Positions 8,500 through 16,730 of a stretch of DNA of 50,518 nt are shown here, one piece after another. Under the pieces are notes generated by a model. The model did not search any database and had not been told where the DNA came from. It saw only the letters and a program-made list of their open reading frames with translations. This DNA is from a virus (taxonomy: Duplodnaviria; Caudoviricetes), in IMG/VR virus record IMGVR_UViG_3300012683_000004, positions 1-50,518 of that record; one strand, written 5' to 3'. Positions within the stretch are counted from its first letter, which is position 1; every line of letters starts with the position of its first letter. Made by a program: the position numbers and the translations under genes.

Positions 8500-9417
8500 T
8501 TAGACCGCTTTAGCAGTCACTGGAGTGGTCGCGGCCGAGGACGGAGACGCTTTGTCGCCCGCCGTCTGTACCGCAGCGATTTGTTTCATAGACTCCGTTA
8601 CGCTAGCTTGAATCGCCTTCATGACTGACTCGAACTCCCAAGGAGTCTTGTCCGGCACTCCGTGTCTCGAGCCGACCTTCCTCAACCCATCGGGCTGAGT
8701 GATACACACTCGGTCCCACACCTGCTCGGTCTTGTTAGTGGCCTTGTCATACTTCAACTCACCCTTGTTGGCCTGGACGTTGTAGACCTCGTCGAAGCGC
8801 AAGGGTACAGCCTCCGCTGATTGCCCAATCAGATTTGGCACCAGCGAGATCAGATCGCCCTCCTTGTTTCGCACCTCCTTCTCATGGCAGATGAACACTA
8901 CGTGCTTCTCGCTACTCAGCACCATGTCTACAAACTGCTCGACCAGGCTTCGCTCCGCACCGTAGTCCTGAATCTTCGGCACCAGCAGCCCATGCCTTAG
9001 GGCCTCCTCCTGCGTCTTCGACATGAAGTGGTAGTCCTTCGTACCGAGTAGGATGACGGCCTTGTTCTGCGCGTCGCTGCTGAGCGTCGTTCCTGAGTCT
9101 ATCACCCAGGTGTCGAACCTGCCGCGGTTCGCTGTAGTCATCATCAGGTCGAAGAACTTGCACGCATCGTCGTAGGCGTTGTGCGCTGTGACGATCGCAC
9201 CCTTGAACGACCGCTCGTAGAACTCCTCCCAGATGAACTGCCTCACACCGTGCTTCCGTACGAAGTCGGGGCTGAGCAGGGTCGTCATTCCCCTGTCGAA
9301 GTCCAAGATGCAAGGTCGCGGGAAGGTTCCAGCGCCGAAAGTCTTTCCGACCTTGCTCCTTCCCCAAGCCAAGATCTTCAACTGCGCTCCTGGCTTCCAG
9401 TCTTTGGTCTCCTTCAT
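8500..9417 (-). CDS. AAA_24 / Sak4-like ATPase (recombinase)
   Basis: WGRSKVGKT Walker A, LDFDRG, WVIDSGT, QDYG, FICHE, FDEV. Confidence 0.85.
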   Translation of the reverse strand: MKETKDWKPGAQLKILAWGRSKVGKTFGAGTFPRPCILDFDRGMTTLLSPDFVRKHGVRQFIWEEFYERSFKGAIVTAHNAYDDACKFFDLMMTTANRGRFDTWVIDSGTTLSSDAQNKAVILLGTKDYHFMSKTQEEALRHGLLVPKIQDYGAERSLVEQFVDMVLSSEKHVVFICHEKEVRNKEGDLISLVPNLIGQSAEAVPLRFDEVYNVQANKGELKYDKATNKTEQVWDRVCITQPDGLRKVGSRHGVPDKTPWEFESVMKAIQASVTESMKQIAAVQTAGDKASPSSAATTPVTAKAV

Positions 9418-9665
9418 TCGGCTACCTCATAGGTCATAGCGAAGATGTCGGGCTTGCACGGGTAAAACTCGCCCTTCACACCTTTGATGATCCAGTCACC
9501 CGGCGATGCCGCCAACGGGCCTTCGATAGTCCGTACAGTGACGTGGCCTGCGCCGTCGAGAGTGAACGGCTGCGTGTGCTCGGGGTCCAGCTCCCAGAGT
9601 GGGTCGACGTGAATCCCGTCCCACACTGCGGCTTCGACCACGACCGGCTTCTTACGGTACTTCAT
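9414..9665 (-). CDS. Conserved phage protein (KYRKKPVVVEA...GDWIIKGVKGEFYPCKPDIF family)
   Basis: Textbook match to this widespread phage family. Confidence 0.9.
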   Translation of the reverse strand: MKYRKKPVVVEAAVWDGIHVDPLWELDPEHTQPFTLDGAGHVTVRTIEGPLAASPGDWIIKGVKGEFYPCKPDIFAMTYEVAE

Positions 9666-9868
9666 CGAGAAGGATCCCTGCGTGTCGTCGGGACCTCGGA
9701 CGGCGCCTCGTAGCCCTTCTCGAGAATCGGCCTGACCGTGTACCTAACGTCCTCTATGTAGCCGAACTGCTTTGCGAACTTCTGCTTCGCCAGCGTCAGC
9801 GCATCGGAATCGCTCTCTGCGTTGAACGTACCGACCCGCCTGATCTCCTGCGTTACCTCGAAGGTCAC
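9662..9868 (-). CDS. Hypothetical protein
   Basis: 4-nt overlaps with both neighbours. Confidence 0.7.
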   Translation of the reverse strand: MTFEVTQEIRRVGTFNAESDSDALTLAKQKFAKQFGYIEDVRYTVRPILEKGYEAPSEVPTTRRDPSR

Positions 9869-10242
9869 GTTGCCCTCCCTAGTAGAATGTTCGCCCTGTC
9901 CATCACCCTGCCGTGGTCATAGCCGGTGACGTCGAATGTGTCCTCTTGTCGATGCTCAAGGATCCAGCCAGTTCTGTCTACCCACCCCGCTAGATCGTAG
10001 CACTGTACGATGCGAGTCTTGATGAGCAGATCGCGACACCGATAGAGCTGTTCGACCAGTTCGCTCGGCTCGACGTGCTCGCTAGCAGTCTCGATTGGGA
10101 TGACCTGGGTGACATCCACCGTGTCGTCCTCATCGAGCTGCTCTGCTACTGCCTCCTGAAGCTCGTTCGCTATCAGCCTCGCCTCTAGCGCGTCCTCTGC
10201 GTCGAACATGCTGCGAAGCGTTGCGATGAATTGCCTAGACAA
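9865..10242 (-). CDS. Hypothetical protein
   Basis: 125 aa, operon-coupled. Confidence 0.7.
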   Translation of the reverse strand: MSRQFIATLRSMFDAEDALEARLIANELQEAVAEQLDEDDTVDVTQVIPIETASEHVEPSELVEQLYRCRDLLIKTRIVQCYDLAGWVDRTGWILEHRQEDTFDVTGYDHGRVMDRANILLGRAT

Positions 10243-10879
10243 GTTCTACCTCACATTCGTATCGCCTAGATAGCGAGTTGGCGACAGCGTCGAGGAACCT
10301 CGCCGTATCGTTCTTGCTTCTGTGCCGTTCCCACTCGAACGACTTGCGTAGGTACAGCTTCTTGATCATGCAGACTTCTGCTCTGTAGCCCATCGTAAAC
10401 TGAGCTACTCTACCCCAGAGTAGCAGCTCCCCGAAGCAGCTGACGCCATAGCATCCAATGGCTTCCTCTGCCTGCTCCCGTGTCTTCCAGGCATGGATGC
10501 CGGCCACGCCGAAGACATGACGCAGCGCGTCTCTATCCTTGTCCCAGAGCTTCGGGTCTAGGGGCCTTGCGTCAGCGCGGAGCACCGGGCCTTCCCACTT
10601 GATGTCGGCCGTGACGGACGAGATGAACCACTCAGTGTGCTCCCCTACCTGCTCTCCCCCTACTCCCCAGATCCTCCATGCCTTAATAGGATGCTCAAGC
10701 CTAGTCGGCTGTCGCCTCCATATCGGCATCTCGTGTGTGTCAGGATACAGTACTGCCATTTCTTCCTCCCGTTTTACGTACTCCTCAAGCGGCAGACTCT
10801 CTTCATAGTAGGCAGCAGCTCTCATGGCCTTTATCAGACCGGGAGTCAGTAGCGAACTGAACGCGCCCCTTACTATCAC
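10235..10879 (-). CDS. Putative ART-fold protein, paralog A, with capsid-mimic N-terminal extension
   Basis: AWRIW...SSV..WEGP..AD..P...GIHAWKT...FGEL.LWG.V..GYRAE..IKK.L...L..RYEC.V shared with 14702-15283; N-terminus matches the MCP N-terminus. Fold is inferred. Confidence 0.75.
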   Translation of the reverse strand: MIVRGAFSSLLTPGLIKAMRAAAYYEESLPLEEYVKREEEMAVLYPDTHEMPIWRRQPTRLEHPIKAWRIWGVGGEQVGEHTEWFISSVTADIKWEGPVLRADARPLDPKLWDKDRDALRHVFGVAGIHAWKTREQAEEAIGCYGVSCFGELLLWGRVAQFTMGYRAEVCMIKKLYLRKSFEWERHRSKNDTARFLDAVANSLSRRYECEVELV

Positions 10880-11001
10880 TTCCCTGCAGGAACTGCCGGC
10901 TCAGGCGTCTCCGCCGAGTCGGGGTCTTCGATTCTCAGGGGGTCGATTGGCGTGCCCTCTGGGTCAGCCTCGAAGATCTCCTCTAGCTCTCCTAGCCTCA
11001 T
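10876..11001 (-). CDS. Acidic Pro-rich peptide A (41 aa, not in ORF track)
   Basis: MRLGELEEIFEADPEGTPIDPLRIEDPDSAETPEPAVPAGK; ATGA and GTGA coupling on both sides. Confidence 0.8.
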   Translation of the reverse strand: MRLGELEEIFEADPEGTPIDPLRIEDPDSAETPEPAVPAGK

Positions 11002-11201
11002 ACGACCTCGCCAGTTAGAGCGTTCACAAACGGGCCGAAGCTGTCCTCAGGCAGTCGAAGGTAGCCACAGTGTCCCTCGGCCACGTACACTTTGAATCCT
11101 ACGTCGTTCCCATGTCCTGCGTCGATCAGCTCCTGGCTAGGAGGAATGAGCGTTACCTCCTCAACGGAGAAGCCGTTACCTACGTAGCGATCCCTTAGCA
11201 T
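10998..11201 (-). CDS. Hypothetical protein
   Basis: 67 aa with GGAGG RBS. Confidence 0.7.
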   Translation of the reverse strand: MLRDRYVGNGFSVEEVTLIPPSQELIDAGHGNDVGFKVYVAEGHCGYLRLPEDSFGPFVNALTGEVV

Positions 11202-11213
11202 TCGATCCTCCAG

Positions 11214-11396
11214 TTAGGGTAGCTTCCCAGACAGCTTGTCATTGATAGCTCTTAACTCATCAAGAAGCTGCTGCTCCGCAAGACGAAGAATGTACACCTC
11301 GTCCTTTATCGCCTCTAGTCGCTGCCTAATAACTGCGGTCCTTGTCAGCAGCGCGCTAGTTGTCTCTGTTTTCGTAGTCCCAGGTCGATCGGACAT
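11214..11396 (-). CDS. Small coiled-coil protein (start uncertain)
   Basis: Heptad-like C-terminus; fills the operon gap. Confidence 0.4.
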   Translation of the reverse strand: MSDRPGTTKTETTSALLTRTAVIRQRLEAIKDEVYILRLAEQQLLDELRAINDKLSGKLP

Positions 11397-12279
11397 AGTC
11401 CTGTTCGACGCGCTTCGTGCGCGACACAGGGTCGTTGAGCACGTGAATGGAGTGGTAGTCGCACTGGCCATAGTTCATACACTGGCTAGTCTCGAGGCGC
11501 CATACGCCACTACGCTCTGCGCGCTTGATGAGATTGCAGCGCTCCCTTACGCCAACCAGCCACTCGTCGATCTCGTACTGGTTACGAGAGGTGATGCCCC
11601 TCTTGAACTTGACTTCGCCAGACTTGTATAGGCCAATAGCGTTGACTATGGCTCCGCCAAGGCGACGATTGGTCAGCTTACCTAGCGCCCAGGTATAGCC
11701 AGTCATCTGATTGTCGGGCTTGTACTGGAGGAAGTAGTAGGTACTATCGTCCTTGCCGAGAACAGTAGTGGTCTTGTGATCGACGACGTACACTGCGTCT
11801 CCCCACTCTGCTCCTACGTCGATGATGCCGCCGTAGTGAATCGGCTCGAGAAACGCGTCGCAGTTTGAGCACTTGCCTCTAGTCTCGTCACCTTCGGCCA
11901 TGTACGCTCCACAGTCTTGACACTCTATGTACATGCCAGTGTCAATCGTGAACGCTACTTCGACCAGTGGACCAGCGGCACCTTGGATCGGCTTCCAGAC
12001 TTCCTTCGGATACTCGGCAACGTAGGCGTGCATCACCTTGAGCGCGTACGCCTCCGTTCTGAAGTCGTCCGAAGGCATCACTTCTGGCCAGTGCGCGTGA
12101 ATCTCCTTAAGCGCTTTTGCCTCATTCCCGCTGCGATACCACTCAGCGAGGCCCTCGTGTAGAGCTCCGCCAAAGCTGAGCGATGGCTTCTTCCTGATCG
12201 GTACGATCCCCTGTCTGATTCGTAGATCGTACTTGGCGGGACAAGTAAATTGTTCGAGACTGAAATTGTCTACCTTCAC
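11356..12279 (-). CDS. PD-(D/E)XK (Cas4/RecB-like) exonuclease with inserted Zn ribbon
   Basis: CP..Y, FG.A.H, E..F, GIID...VVDHKT, Q..GY, C...GQC.Y; CQDC/CSNC insert. Confidence 0.85.
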   Translation of the reverse strand: MKVDNFSLEQFTCPAKYDLRIRQGIVPIRKKPSLSFGGALHEGLAEWYRSGNEAKALKEIHAHWPEVMPSDDFRTEAYALKVMHAYVAEYPKEVWKPIQGAAGPLVEVAFTIDTGMYIECQDCGAYMAEGDETRGKCSNCDAFLEPIHYGGIIDVGAEWGDAVYVVDHKTTTVLGKDDSTYYFLQYKPDNQMTGYTWALGKLTNRRLGGAIVNAIGLYKSGEVKFKRGITSRNQYEIDEWLVGVRERCNLIKRAERSGVWRLETSQCMNYGQCDYHSIHVLNDPVSRTKRVEQDYVRSTWDYENRDN

Positions 12280-12509
12280 GGCTTGAACGCCTCCTTTGCG
12301 TTACGATTGTAGATAGACTGCAAGGTGAACGCCGCCTTAGCGCACGTTTCGCGAACCTCCTCGAGCTTCTTAGAAATCTCCTCGTTGTCAGTCAGAGGGA
12401 TGATACTGTTCACCATCCCCTCCACTTCTCGTACCCGACGTGCCCCGTCAACTAGACTCTGCATAGCGCCTTCCAGCACGCCGGGCTGTAGTTTCGGAAA
12501 GTCACTCAT
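12276..12509 (-). CDS. Hypothetical protein
   Basis: Helical ORF, operon-coupled. Confidence 0.65.
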   Translation of the reverse strand: MSDFPKLQPGVLEGAMQSLVDGARRVREVEGMVNSIIPLTDNEEISKKLEEVRETCAKAAFTLQSIYNRNAKEAFKP

Positions 12510-12870
12510 CGTCGTCCTCACCTCTTGCTTTCTCTAGTTGGATGATGATGTCAGACTTTCTAATGACCCGCGAGGCATATCCGCGCTGGGACTTGTCGTA
12601 GAGGAGCGACTTGCACTCCTTATGGCGTTGTAGCCAGACAGCCAGGCAGATGCCTGCAATGAAGGAGGAGCCGCTAAAGAGCAGATAGTCGGTCTCCTCG
12701 CTCTGTGATAGTGAAGCTGCTATCTCCTCCAGCAGCCGGCCGGACTTGAAGACCGGGTAGTTGCCAGTGGTAATAGGCCTCAGCGCACCGTACACAGTGG
12801 CTGACTTGTAATCATGATCTGATGCCATGTTAGTAATAAACACGGTAGATCTGCTTGCGCCGTCTGTCAC
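12502..12870 (-). CDS. Conserved phage protein, small alpha/beta fold
   Basis: VFITN..HDY..A..YG...DYLLFSG pattern. Confidence 0.7.
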   Translation of the reverse strand: MTDGASRSTVFITNMASDHDYKSATVYGALRPITTGNYPVFKSGRLLEEIAASLSQSEETDYLLFSGSSFIAGICLAVWLQRHKECKSLLYDKSQRGYASRVIRKSDIIIQLEKARGEDDDE

Positions 12871-13154
12871 TTCATCTCGAGGTAAATGTTCAGATTATCA
12901 CGGATCTTGACCAGCCTGCGCTCAAGTTCCGCTGTGACAATAGCGATGGACAGTCTGAGAAATGGCTCTCGCTTCTGGCGGAGCTCAAATGAAATATCTT
13001 GACTGTTCATCGAGTTGTTCATGACGGTCTGGGCCCGGAACAAAGCGGCGGCCTCTGCAATATCATACTCGATATCTGTCTCGAGGTGCCGCTTGTCCGG
13101 ACCGGCGTTCGCCCTAACCTCTGTCAGGAGGCTAGCGAACTCCTGCTCGTTCAC
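12867..13154 (-). CDS. Hypothetical protein
   Basis: 95 aa, 4-nt overlaps. Confidence 0.7.
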   Translation of the reverse strand: MNEQEFASLLTEVRANAGPDKRHLETDIEYDIAEAAALFRAQTVMNNSMNSQDISFELRQKREPFLRLSIAIVTAELERRLVKIRDNLNIYLEMK

Positions 13155-13381
13155 GAGACTTCTTCGTGCGTCGCCAGCTGCACGCCCATGTCCTTGCGAT
13201 CCTTCTCCGCGACCACGTCCCAGCAGCTATTGCACAGCACCGGGAATCCGTGGGCCTCAGTGAAGTACACTCCGCACTCCGAGCACGCGGCGCCGTTGGC
13301 TGCGTCATCTGCCAGAGATGCTTCCTCCGGAGTATCGGGGCCAGTCTCCTCCCCCTCTAGCTCCTCGTTCTCCTCGAACAT
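13151..13381 (-). CDS. Acidic zinc-finger protein
   Basis: CSECG...HGFPVLCNSCW; GGAGG RBS before ATG 13381. Confidence 0.7.
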   Translation of the reverse strand: MFEENEELEGEETGPDTPEEASLADDAANGAACSECGVYFTEAHGFPVLCNSCWDVVAEKDRKDMGVQLATHEEVS

Positions 13382-13505
13382 GCGACCTCCCGCTTCAGGT
13401 TTAGGAAACGTGCGCTTACGACTTCCCCACTTCATAAAAGGTGTTTACAGGCTCCCAAGGACTGTTTTTTCGAGCAAGAGCATAAGTCACTTCGCACTCG
13501 TTGTC

Positions 13506-13525
13506 CTGGTACAAATTAGTACAAG
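13506..13525. promoter_or_regulatory. Palindromic site #3
   Basis: CTGGTACAAATTAGTACAAG. Confidence 0.75.
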
Positions 13526-13645
13526 GTGCCGTGACCGAGTTCCTTCGAGCGAGCCTTTGGCTATCGGCTGATTACGGGCATCTGTTTACCCGAATCCTCA
13601 GCTCGGCCATCGGTCCCCGGCGTCTTACCGCCTTCACACGGCACC
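13525..13645 (-). ncRNA. Putative multi-stem ncRNA
   Basis: GGTGCCGTG/CACGGCACC 9-bp closing stem; GGCG-GTAAGA-CGCC, CCGAG/CTCGG and CGGGTA/TGCCCG stems. Confidence 0.5.
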
Positions 13646-13651
13646 CTACAA

Positions 13652-13756
13652 GGGGTGGAGAGGTCTCGAACCTCCCAGCGGCTCTGGCCTCAACTCGAGC
13701 CGTTTCCAGTTGCAGGCTCCAGAGAGTAAGACTCAACTCTCACCTGCTTTCACCCC
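13652..13756 (-). ncRNA. tRNA-like/tmRNA-end-like ncRNA
   Basis: GGGGTG/CACCCC stem stacked on GGGAGG-TTCGAGA-CCTCTC T-arm (6+6=12 bp); internal GCAGG/CCTGC and CGGCTC/GAGCCG arms. Confidence 0.55.
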
Positions 13757-13867
13757 GTGACGTGGCCTCGAGGGGAGTGATGCCGACAGGCTGTTCTATC
13801 CACGTCTTTGCCTATCGCCCGAGGGGTGAGGGTTTTATCCCCCACTTTTTGCTTCATCCTACCCCGA

Positions 13868-14308
13868 TCAGTTGGAGGGCTGCATCGTGGCCAGCGCGGC
13901 CAGATCCTCCGGGCTGATCTCTCCCTTTGCGACGCGCTCCAGGAACGCTGCCAGCGTATCGCCGTCCACCTTCTCCGCAGCCTGCCTTGCCGCCCGTGTA
14001 GCGCGACTGACAGGTGTCGGTGCGCCGACCACGCGCTTGCCCGGTCGAAACTCCATCTGGGCAGTGGCGATTTCGTCGTCGGACTTGTTCTGCAACTTCA
14101 TCCGCCGAGCGATGCCCTGGTAAGATACCCTGGGCGACGTTCCGTCCAGAGAACTCACCACTCCTTCCTCGCCGAAGGCAGCCGTAACCGCTTCGAGCTT
14201 GTCCCAGACCAGAATGGGAACCTGGCCGAGCGACTTCGTGCCCTTCGCAGTCTTGACCTCCTCGAAGTCGAAGTGCGCGCCATCGGGGGCTTTCACCGTG
14301 AGTGTCAT
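13868..14308 (-). CDS. Hypothetical protein, paralog of 20245-20625
   Basis: Shared F..E.V...VP.L...AF...LDG.S.RV..Q.I.R pattern. Confidence 0.8.
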   Translation of the reverse strand: MTLTVKAPDGAHFDFEEVKTAKGTKSLGQVPILVWDKLEAVTAAFGEEGVVSSLDGTSPRVSYQGIARRMKLQNKSDDEIATAQMEFRPGKRVVGAPTPVSRATRAARQAAEKVDGDTLAAFLERVAKGEISPEDLAALATMQPSN

Positions 14309-14709
14309 CCGTTATCACCTCCTTTCATAGGAAAAGGGTTATCCGTCGAGTAGTTCTTTACCTGCTCTCGACGGTACTCGCGATCAAAGTCGTCAATGTG
14401 ACTGCGAACAGAGCTGAGGAACTTCATGCCTTCTAGCTGGCCTGCAGCAGCGTCCTCGTTCCTGACTTGCTTGTTATGGTGCTTAGTGCACGGCACGCCG
14501 CAGAAGATTGCTGACTCGCAGGCAAGGTTCTCGCCGTCGTCTATGTCCAGGACCAGAACCAGCTTTGCATCTGGACCAATGCCCTTCATGGATAGACCAG
14601 TCTCGGGTCGAGCAGATTCGAGGACGAGCAGCGCTATCCCGAAAGCGGCGCCGACTATCTCAGCCTCGCGCTCGGTCATGACTAGCTGAAACACTCGCCG
14701 CTCAGACAC
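14305..14709 (-). CDS. Hypothetical protein
   Basis: 134 aa, operon-coupled. Confidence 0.65.
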   Translation of the reverse strand: MSERRVFQLVMTEREAEIVGAAFGIALLVLESARPETGLSMKGIGPDAKLVLVLDIDDGENLACESAIFCGVPCTKHHNKQVRNEDAAAGQLEGMKFLSSVRSHIDDFDREYRREQVKNYSTDNPFPMKGGDNG

Positions 14710-15283
14710 CGAACTCTTTCAGGAGCTTCTCGAGATCGGCTACAGTGATCTGACCCATCTTGGCCTTCATGAGGAATAAGTCCAACCCCGTTCTGCCGTC
14801 GCTCACCGAGTCTATTATTACGTCGCACTGGTAGCGCGCTTCGAGAAGCTTTGCGACCACGGCGATCTGCTCCTGAAAGCCTATAGGTTCAGCAACGTAG
14901 CTCAGCGGCAGTCCGAAGGGGCGAAGCCAGATGCGCTTGACGAGCATGTGCTCTGCGCGCCAGCCGATATCGTGCTCGACGATGTGCCCAAACATAGCCA
15001 CTTCGCCGTACGCAGAAGCGCCTCGGTCGTAGTCCTTTGCGTTCTCGATAGTCTTCAGTGCGTACAAGCCGTTGCTGTTCCTTGGCCGGCAGCTAGGCTT
15101 TACGTCAGCGTGAACAATGGGGCCGTCCCAGAGCATATCAGAAGATAGCGACTTGAGCCGCAGCTTAGGCGGACCTTCTTCAGGTATCACTGTGTAGTCC
15201 GGCTGGCCGTAGTCCGATAGCTTTCGCTTATCGCGCTGGAACGTAATGTACCAGCACCGATAGCCGATCAGATCCGGTCTCAT
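14702..15283 (-). CDS. Putative ART-fold protein, paralog B
   Basis: GYRCW...LKSL..WDGP..AD..P...GLYALKT...YGEV.MFG.IVEH..GWRAE..VKR..L...L..RYQC.V. Fold is inferred. Confidence 0.75.
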   Translation of the reverse strand: MRPDLIGYRCWYITFQRDKRKLSDYGQPDYTVIPEEGPPKLRLKSLSSDMLWDGPIVHADVKPSCRPRNSNGLYALKTIENAKDYDRGASAYGEVAMFGHIVEHDIGWRAEHMLVKRIWLRPFGLPLSYVAEPIGFQEQIAVVAKLLEARYQCDVIIDSVSDGRTGLDLFLMKAKMGQITVADLEKLLKEFGV

Positions 15284-15393
15284 GCAGGTACCGGCTCTTC
15301 GATCGGCTTAGAGGGAACTACCTTCTCGTCGGGAATCTCAATCTGGTTCGGAGCAGGCTGCTCGAACTCTCGCACTACCTCGCCGAGTTTCAT
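15280..15393 (-). CDS. Acidic Pro-rich peptide B (37 aa, not in ORF track)
   Basis: MKLGEVVREFEQPAPNQIEIPDEKVVPSKPIEEPVPA; GGAG RBS; ATGA overlap with paralog B. Confidence 0.8.
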   Translation of the reverse strand: MKLGEVVREFEQPAPNQIEIPDEKVVPSKPIEEPVPA

Positions 15394-15437
15394 ACTCGTC
15401 GTCTCCCGGTTCATGGTGAGTCAATTGTAACCCAATC

Positions 15438-15466
15438 AATATAATGCCAGATTGCGAAGATGTCAA
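15438..15466 (-). promoter_or_regulatory. Sigma70-type promoter
   Basis: TTGACA-17 nt-TATATT directly upstream of peptide B. Confidence 0.8.
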
Positions 15467-15475
15467 CCCCCTACA

Positions 15476-16435
15476 TCATCTCTTATAGAACATCTTGTCG
15501 TTATGCGAGGCGATTACCTCAGCCCAGATGATCTTAGCCGCACTGTCTACGTTCACTATGATGCGCCAGGTGCGTTGTACACGAAAGTGGTAGAGCCGAC
15601 AGTTCGTGCGCTGCAGACCCTCAGTCTCACGTTGCGTAGCGAGGCGCTTGAAGCCGAGACTTGGATAGCGCATACCGAGAGTAGCCAGTTGGTCCATCGC
15701 CTTGGAGACCTGCCAGTGGAGGCCAGTGGGCATCCTCTTGTAGGACCTCCTGAATCGCTCAGTGTAGACTATCACTAGACCGTAGTTGGTCTTCTCCGCC
15801 ATCGGGAACTCAAAGTAGCGCTTGCTGGCCTCGGGGAGTGCTGCCTCCTCCTCTACGGGAATTACCGGAGGAGCTTTGGCAATGCCGCCTTGCGCCTCGA
15901 GACGATCCAGACGAGAAAAGACCTCCTGAAATATGCGCTCGTAGCTTCCGACGAGGTCCGAGAAGATCTTAGCGTGCGCCTCAGCCAGGACCCTGATAGG
16001 ATCTAGCTTAGTCTCCTCAACTGGCAGCGGAGGCGGAGGAGGCGGAGGTACCTCCTTCTCAGGTGCTGGCTGCGCTGAAGCTCTACCGTTGCCGGTGTAT
16101 GGAAACTGCTTATTCAGCCGCTCCCACAGATTCTTTGCGTAGCTGGGAGCTTCGCTCAGCGGGTGACGCTTGTCTGCCAAGTTGATCCACTTCCACGCGT
16201 AGCGGAGGTGCATCAAGTTGTGCGTGAGCCAGATCGTCTGATCACTGCCGATAGGCAGCCCTCCTGCACGGCATGCTGCAGCAGCAGTCTCGACAAACTG
16301 CTGAACAGTCTTGCCACCAGGGATCTCTGCGTCCTCCGTGAGGAGGCTACACAGGATCGTGCGGCGGCGCTCCGTCTCCGGCGTCCAACGGCCTGTCTTG
16401 CTGACCAAGTCGTACTTCTGGAAGATGTTCTCCAT
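15476..16435 (-). CDS. Multidomain protein with C-terminal RelE/ParE-like domain
   Basis: C-terminus IVYTERFRRSYKRM...YPSL..KRL...LYHFRVQRTWRII...I...SH; poly-Pro linker. Confidence 0.7.
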   Translation of the reverse strand: MENIFQKYDLVSKTGRWTPETERRRTILCSLLTEDAEIPGGKTVQQFVETAAAACRAGGLPIGSDQTIWLTHNLMHLRYAWKWINLADKRHPLSEAPSYAKNLWERLNKQFPYTGNGRASAQPAPEKEVPPPPPPPLPVEETKLDPIRVLAEAHAKIFSDLVGSYERIFQEVFSRLDRLEAQGGIAKAPPVIPVEEEAALPEASKRYFEFPMAEKTNYGLVIVYTERFRRSYKRMPTGLHWQVSKAMDQLATLGMRYPSLGFKRLATQRETEGLQRTNCRLYHFRVQRTWRIIVNVDSAAKIIWAEVIASHNDKMFYKR

Positions 16436-16730
16436 CGTCGATCTCGGTTATGGTTCGCTCTGAGAAGGTTATTACATCTCGACCGTACTCCGTGATGCGG
16501 TACATTGCTAGTGTACCGCCCATAGACTTAAAGAACACAGCATCGGCCATCTTCTTGTCACAGAGCCTCAGGAGCGCTGCCTCGACGTCCGGAACGAGAT
16601 ACTCTGAGAGCTCGTACTTCACGAAGAGTCCAGCGCTCGAGGTCATACTCTCCTCAATGCTCAGGCAGTCGAGCAGGTCGAACTCGATCTCTGGTAGTAC
16701 CGAGGCAGCATAGACCGTGCGCTTAGCCAC
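16347..16730 (-). CDS. Hypothetical protein, possible winged helix
   Basis: V..AL.RL..K......YRITEYGR resembles a wHTH wing. Confidence 0.55.
   Translation of the reverse strand: MAKRTVYAASVLPEIEFDLLDCLSIEESMTSSAGLFVKYELSEYLVPDVEAALLRLCDKKMADAVFFKSMGGTLAMYRITEYGRDVITFSERTITEIDDGEHLPEVRLGQQDRPLDAGDGAPPHDPV

Noticed and set aside
11356-12279. Cas4 as part of a CRISPR-Cas system
   Set aside because: No other cas genes; sits in the standard nuclease-Sak4-SSB recombination module.
13525-13645. Hammerhead ribozyme (CTGAGGA core on the minus strand)
   Set aside because: No GAAA after stem II and no correctly placed stem III/UH site.
13652-13756. Bona fide tmRNA or decoding tRNA
   Set aside because: Too short for tmRNA, no G3:U70 or CCA, no canonical D or anticodon arms; kept only as tRNA-like.
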